Shown in pieces: positions 15,310-17,574 of a stretch of DNA of 17,574 nucleotides. The position numbers were made by a program, and so were the translations under genes. The first letter of the stretch is position 1. Each line of letters opens with the position of its first letter. Source of the DNA: an uncultured archaeon (GTDB lineage: Archaea > Asgardarchaeota > Thorarchaeia > Thorarchaeales > Thorarchaeaceae); assembly GCA_964473825.1 (NCBI GenBank), contig CAYYQL010000043.1, positions 2,840 to 20,413 on the forward strand. The letters run 5' to 3'. The notes beneath the pieces were generated by a model that was given only the letters and a program-made list of their open reading frames with translations, searched no databases and was not told the origin of the DNA.

Positions 15310-16056
15310 TTGACTGATAAAGCGGGTGACGAGTTCTTTCAGAAGACGAAGTATCAAAGTGGACAGCTACCTAGACACACGTTAGACTGGGACAGTAAAC
15401 CACCTGTGCTCAAGGACTATTCGTCGGCCCCCAAAGTATCCCTTCCACCTCCGAAGACATCGAATGGTCCTGACTTATGGCAAGTCTTGGAGAGCCGCCG
15501 CAGTGTGAGAGCCTATACTGAAGAACCATTGACGCGGCAGCAGATCTCCCAGCTGCTATGGGCAACACAAGGAATCACCGCGGAGGTCAGTGGAACGGGC
15601 CTTCGCACTGCGCCATCAGCCGGCGCACTCTATCCCATCGAAACCTATCTTTGCATCAATGACGTGAAAGGTCTGGACTCAGGGCTATATCACTATGACA
15701 TCAAGAACCATGGACTTGACGTCCTGAAGGAAGGTGACTTTTCTCGGGATATGAAGCGTGGCGCCCTAGATCAGCAGATGGCCCAGCAGGCGGCGGTTGT
15801 GTTCATCTGGAGCGCAGTGTTCCAACGATCAAAATGGAAATATCTCCAGAGGGCCTATCGTTACATCTTGCTGGATGCTGGTCATGTCGCACAGAATCTT
15901 GCTCTTGCAGCAGAGGGTATGGGTCTTGGGAGTTGTCAGATTGGGGCACTCTACGATGATCAGATGAATCGCCTGTTAGAATTGGACGGCAGTTCAGAGA
16001 GCGTTATCTATCTCAGCTCGGTGGGGTATCCAAAGAGAAAGCGCAAGAGAACCTGA
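15310..16056 (+). CDS. SagB/ThcOx-family nitroreductase (FMN-dependent dehydrogenase)
   Basis: Motifs RRSVRAY, LLWATQG, LRTAPSAGALYPIETY, GLYHY, KYLQRAYRYILLDAGHVAQNLALAA and GLGSCQIG. The likely start is TTG 15310 behind GAAGGAG (15294-15300); TTG 15265 is an alternative. Confidence 0.93.
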   Translation: MTDKAGDEFFQKTKYQSGQLPRHTLDWDSKPPVLKDYSSAPKVSLPPPKTSNGPDLWQVLESRRSVRAYTEEPLTRQQISQLLWATQGITAEVSGTGLRTAPSAGALYPIETYLCINDVKGLDSGLYHYDIKNHGLDVLKEGDFSRDMKRGALDQQMAQQAAVVFIWSAVFQRSKWKYLQRAYRYILLDAGHVAQNLALAAEGMGLGSCQIGALYDDQMNRLLELDGSSESVIYLSSVGYPKRKRKRT

Positions 16057-16071
16057 TTTCTCAATACAGGG

Positions 16072-17574
16072 TTATTCTTCCTGCTCGGCCTTCTCGATGA
16101 TCGGAATAAGCCCCTTCCTCTTTAGAGGCGCTGAGATTCTATTCCTCGCCTTTTCATTCTCTTCCTTGATTCTGTCGATACCGATGTCCTCAAGTCTCTG
16201 ATTGATTTCTTTCATTGTTCTTGCGAAGATGAGTCCCTCAGCTGCGGAGATCTCCTTCCATAGGAATCTCTCGGTGCTGATGCCTGCTCCTTCAAGCACC
16301 TTATGGTAGCGTTGGAACCTCTCATAGGCGATGATATTTCCGCTGATGTAGTGACAATCTGTGGGTCTGTGACATGCGCCCACCATGACTGCTCCAGCGC
16401 CCAATCTGTAGGCCTCTGCGACGAAGTCAGTGTCCACTCTGCCTGAACACATCACTCTGATGATGCGTGAATTGGGGGGATAGGTGAACCGACTTGTTCC
16501 CGCAAGATCCGACCCTCCGTAACAGCACCAATTGCAGGCAAAGACCAATATCTTCTCCTCGGGCTTGTCCTCCAGTGCTGCTCTGATCTGCGAGAAGATC
16601 ATGGGGTCAGTGAAGTGCATCTGCTCAATAGCATCGTGGGGACAAGACGCAACACACGTCCCACAGCCATGGCAATTGGCGACATTGATAACGGCAGCCT
16701 TACCGTCTAATGCCGTGATGGCGACGTAGGGGCATTTATCGACACAGATGCCACAGTCCCTCTCAAGATTTTTGCATTTCTCGGGATCAACAACAGCGAC
16801 GATGGGTTCTATCTCCACAGTGTCTTTCGAGAGAATGGTTGCAGCGCGAGACGCTGCACCGCTGCCAGCTGATACTGAGTAAGGTATGTCCTTGAGACCC
16901 TGACAGGCACCAGATAGGGTAATTCCATCAACAGGTGTATCGAGGGGCTTGAGCTTGGGGTGTGCCTCCATGAAGAATCCGTCGGCGCTTCTGGTGATGT
17001 GGAGCTTCCCACCTAGCTCTCCAGTTCCAAAGCTTGGCTCACCAGCAGTAGCTAGGATCAGCAGGTCGACCTCAACCTCGACCTCCCTTCCCAGGAGTAC
17101 GTCTTCAGAACGCACAATGAGATTCTTGGTCTCGGGGTCCTCGATGACCTCATATGGTCTACCCTTGATGAAAGTGAAGCCTGCCTCTCTTCCTCTTGTG
17201 TAAAAGTCCTCATATCCTTTCCCGGGAGTTCTAATGTCGATGTACCATATGAATATCTCAGTGTCAGGCTCGTGTTCCTTGATCAAGATCGAGTTTTTCA
17301 AAGTGTACATGCAGCAGAAATTGGAGCAATACTCGTACTTGTTGACATCGCGAGATCCAACACATTGGATGAAGCCCACACGATGAGGGTGTTTACCATC
17401 AGACCTGCGAATCACTTCGCCTCCTGTGGGTCCGCCCGCACAGACTAGTCGCTCTACTTCAAGGGCGGTAACGACATTCTCGAATTTCCCGTAACCATAG
17501 TACCCTTCTTGCGCCGCCGCAGATTCTCCTCCTCTGACAGGTTCGTACATGGAGTGATAGCCTGTAGCCACCGT
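16072..17574 (-). CDS. hdrA: Heterodisulfide reductase subunit A-like protein fused to MvhD (hydrogenase Fe-S subunit); 5'-truncated by window
   Basis: The frame is open to the window end (TVATGY). HdrA motifs: FIQCVGSRD, YCSNFCCMY, YIDIRTPGK, HPKLKP, GACQGLKDIP and two ferredoxin-type Cys clusters. MvhD motifs follow: FACNWCCYGG, RVMCSGRVD, GACHRPTDCHY and ISAAEG. Confidence 0.95.
   Translation of the reverse strand, partial: TVATGYHSMYEPVRGGESAAAQEGYYGYGKFENVVTALEVERLVCAGGPTGGEVIRRSDGKHPHRVGFIQCVGSRDVNKYEYCSNFCCMYTLKNSILIKEHEPDTEIFIWYIDIRTPGKGYEDFYTRGREAGFTFIKGRPYEVIEDPETKNLIVRSEDVLLGREVEVEVDLLILATAGEPSFGTGELGGKLHITRSADGFFMEAHPKLKPLDTPVDGITLSGACQGLKDIPYSVSAGSGAASRAATILSKDTVEIEPIVAVVDPEKCKNLERDCGICVDKCPYVAITALDGKAAVINVANCHGCGTCVASCPHDAIEQMHFTDPMIFSQIRAALEDKPEEKILVFACNWCCYGGSDLAGTSRFTYPPNSRIIRVMCSGRVDTDFVAEAYRLGAGAVMVGACHRPTDCHYISGNIIAYERFQRYHKVLEGAGISTERFLWKEISAAEGLIFARTMKEINQRLEDIGIDRIKEENEKARNRISAPLKRKGLIPIIEKAEQEE

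Noticed and set aside
15265-16056. Thiazole/oxazole RiPP biosynthetic cluster
   Set aside because: No YcaO cyclodehydratase, precursor peptide or transporter is present in the window.
1-17574. tRNA, rRNA, transposase, integrase or defence genes
   Set aside because: None was recognisable by eye; a tRNAscan-SE/Infernal run would be needed to exclude small RNAs formally.

Overview
Archaeal chromosomal window. The gene styles (giant C-terminally anchored Ig-like-repeat glycoprotein, HdrA-MvhD fusion, Orc1/Cdc6 and RadA paralogs, TATA-type promoters) suggest an Asgard archaeon, possibly Thorarchaeia; this is inference only. In order: the 3' part (>2570 aa, open at the window edge) of a giant surface protein with about 22 beta-rich repeats, one TM helix and a ~250-aa cytoplasmic tail; a RadA paralog with eroded ATPase motifs but an intact FxxA motif; a small Zn-ribbon protein; a stand-alone GcvH/LbpA-like lipoyl carrier; an Orc1/Cdc6 paralog with eroded catalytic motifs; a broken 2x[4Fe-4S] oxidoreductase gene plus a downstream relic ORF; a doubly membrane-anchored M28-fold protein with degenerate Zn ligands and 9 Asp-rich Ca-binding-type repeats; malic enzyme; a SagB/ThcOx-type nitroreductase; and the 3' part of an HdrA-MvhD fusion. 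The most striking theme is three intact-ORF predicted pseudoenzymes (RadA, Cdc6, M28) within about 6 kb. I saw no tRNA, rRNA, CRISPR array or IS element. All family calls come from motif recognition by eye, not database searches.
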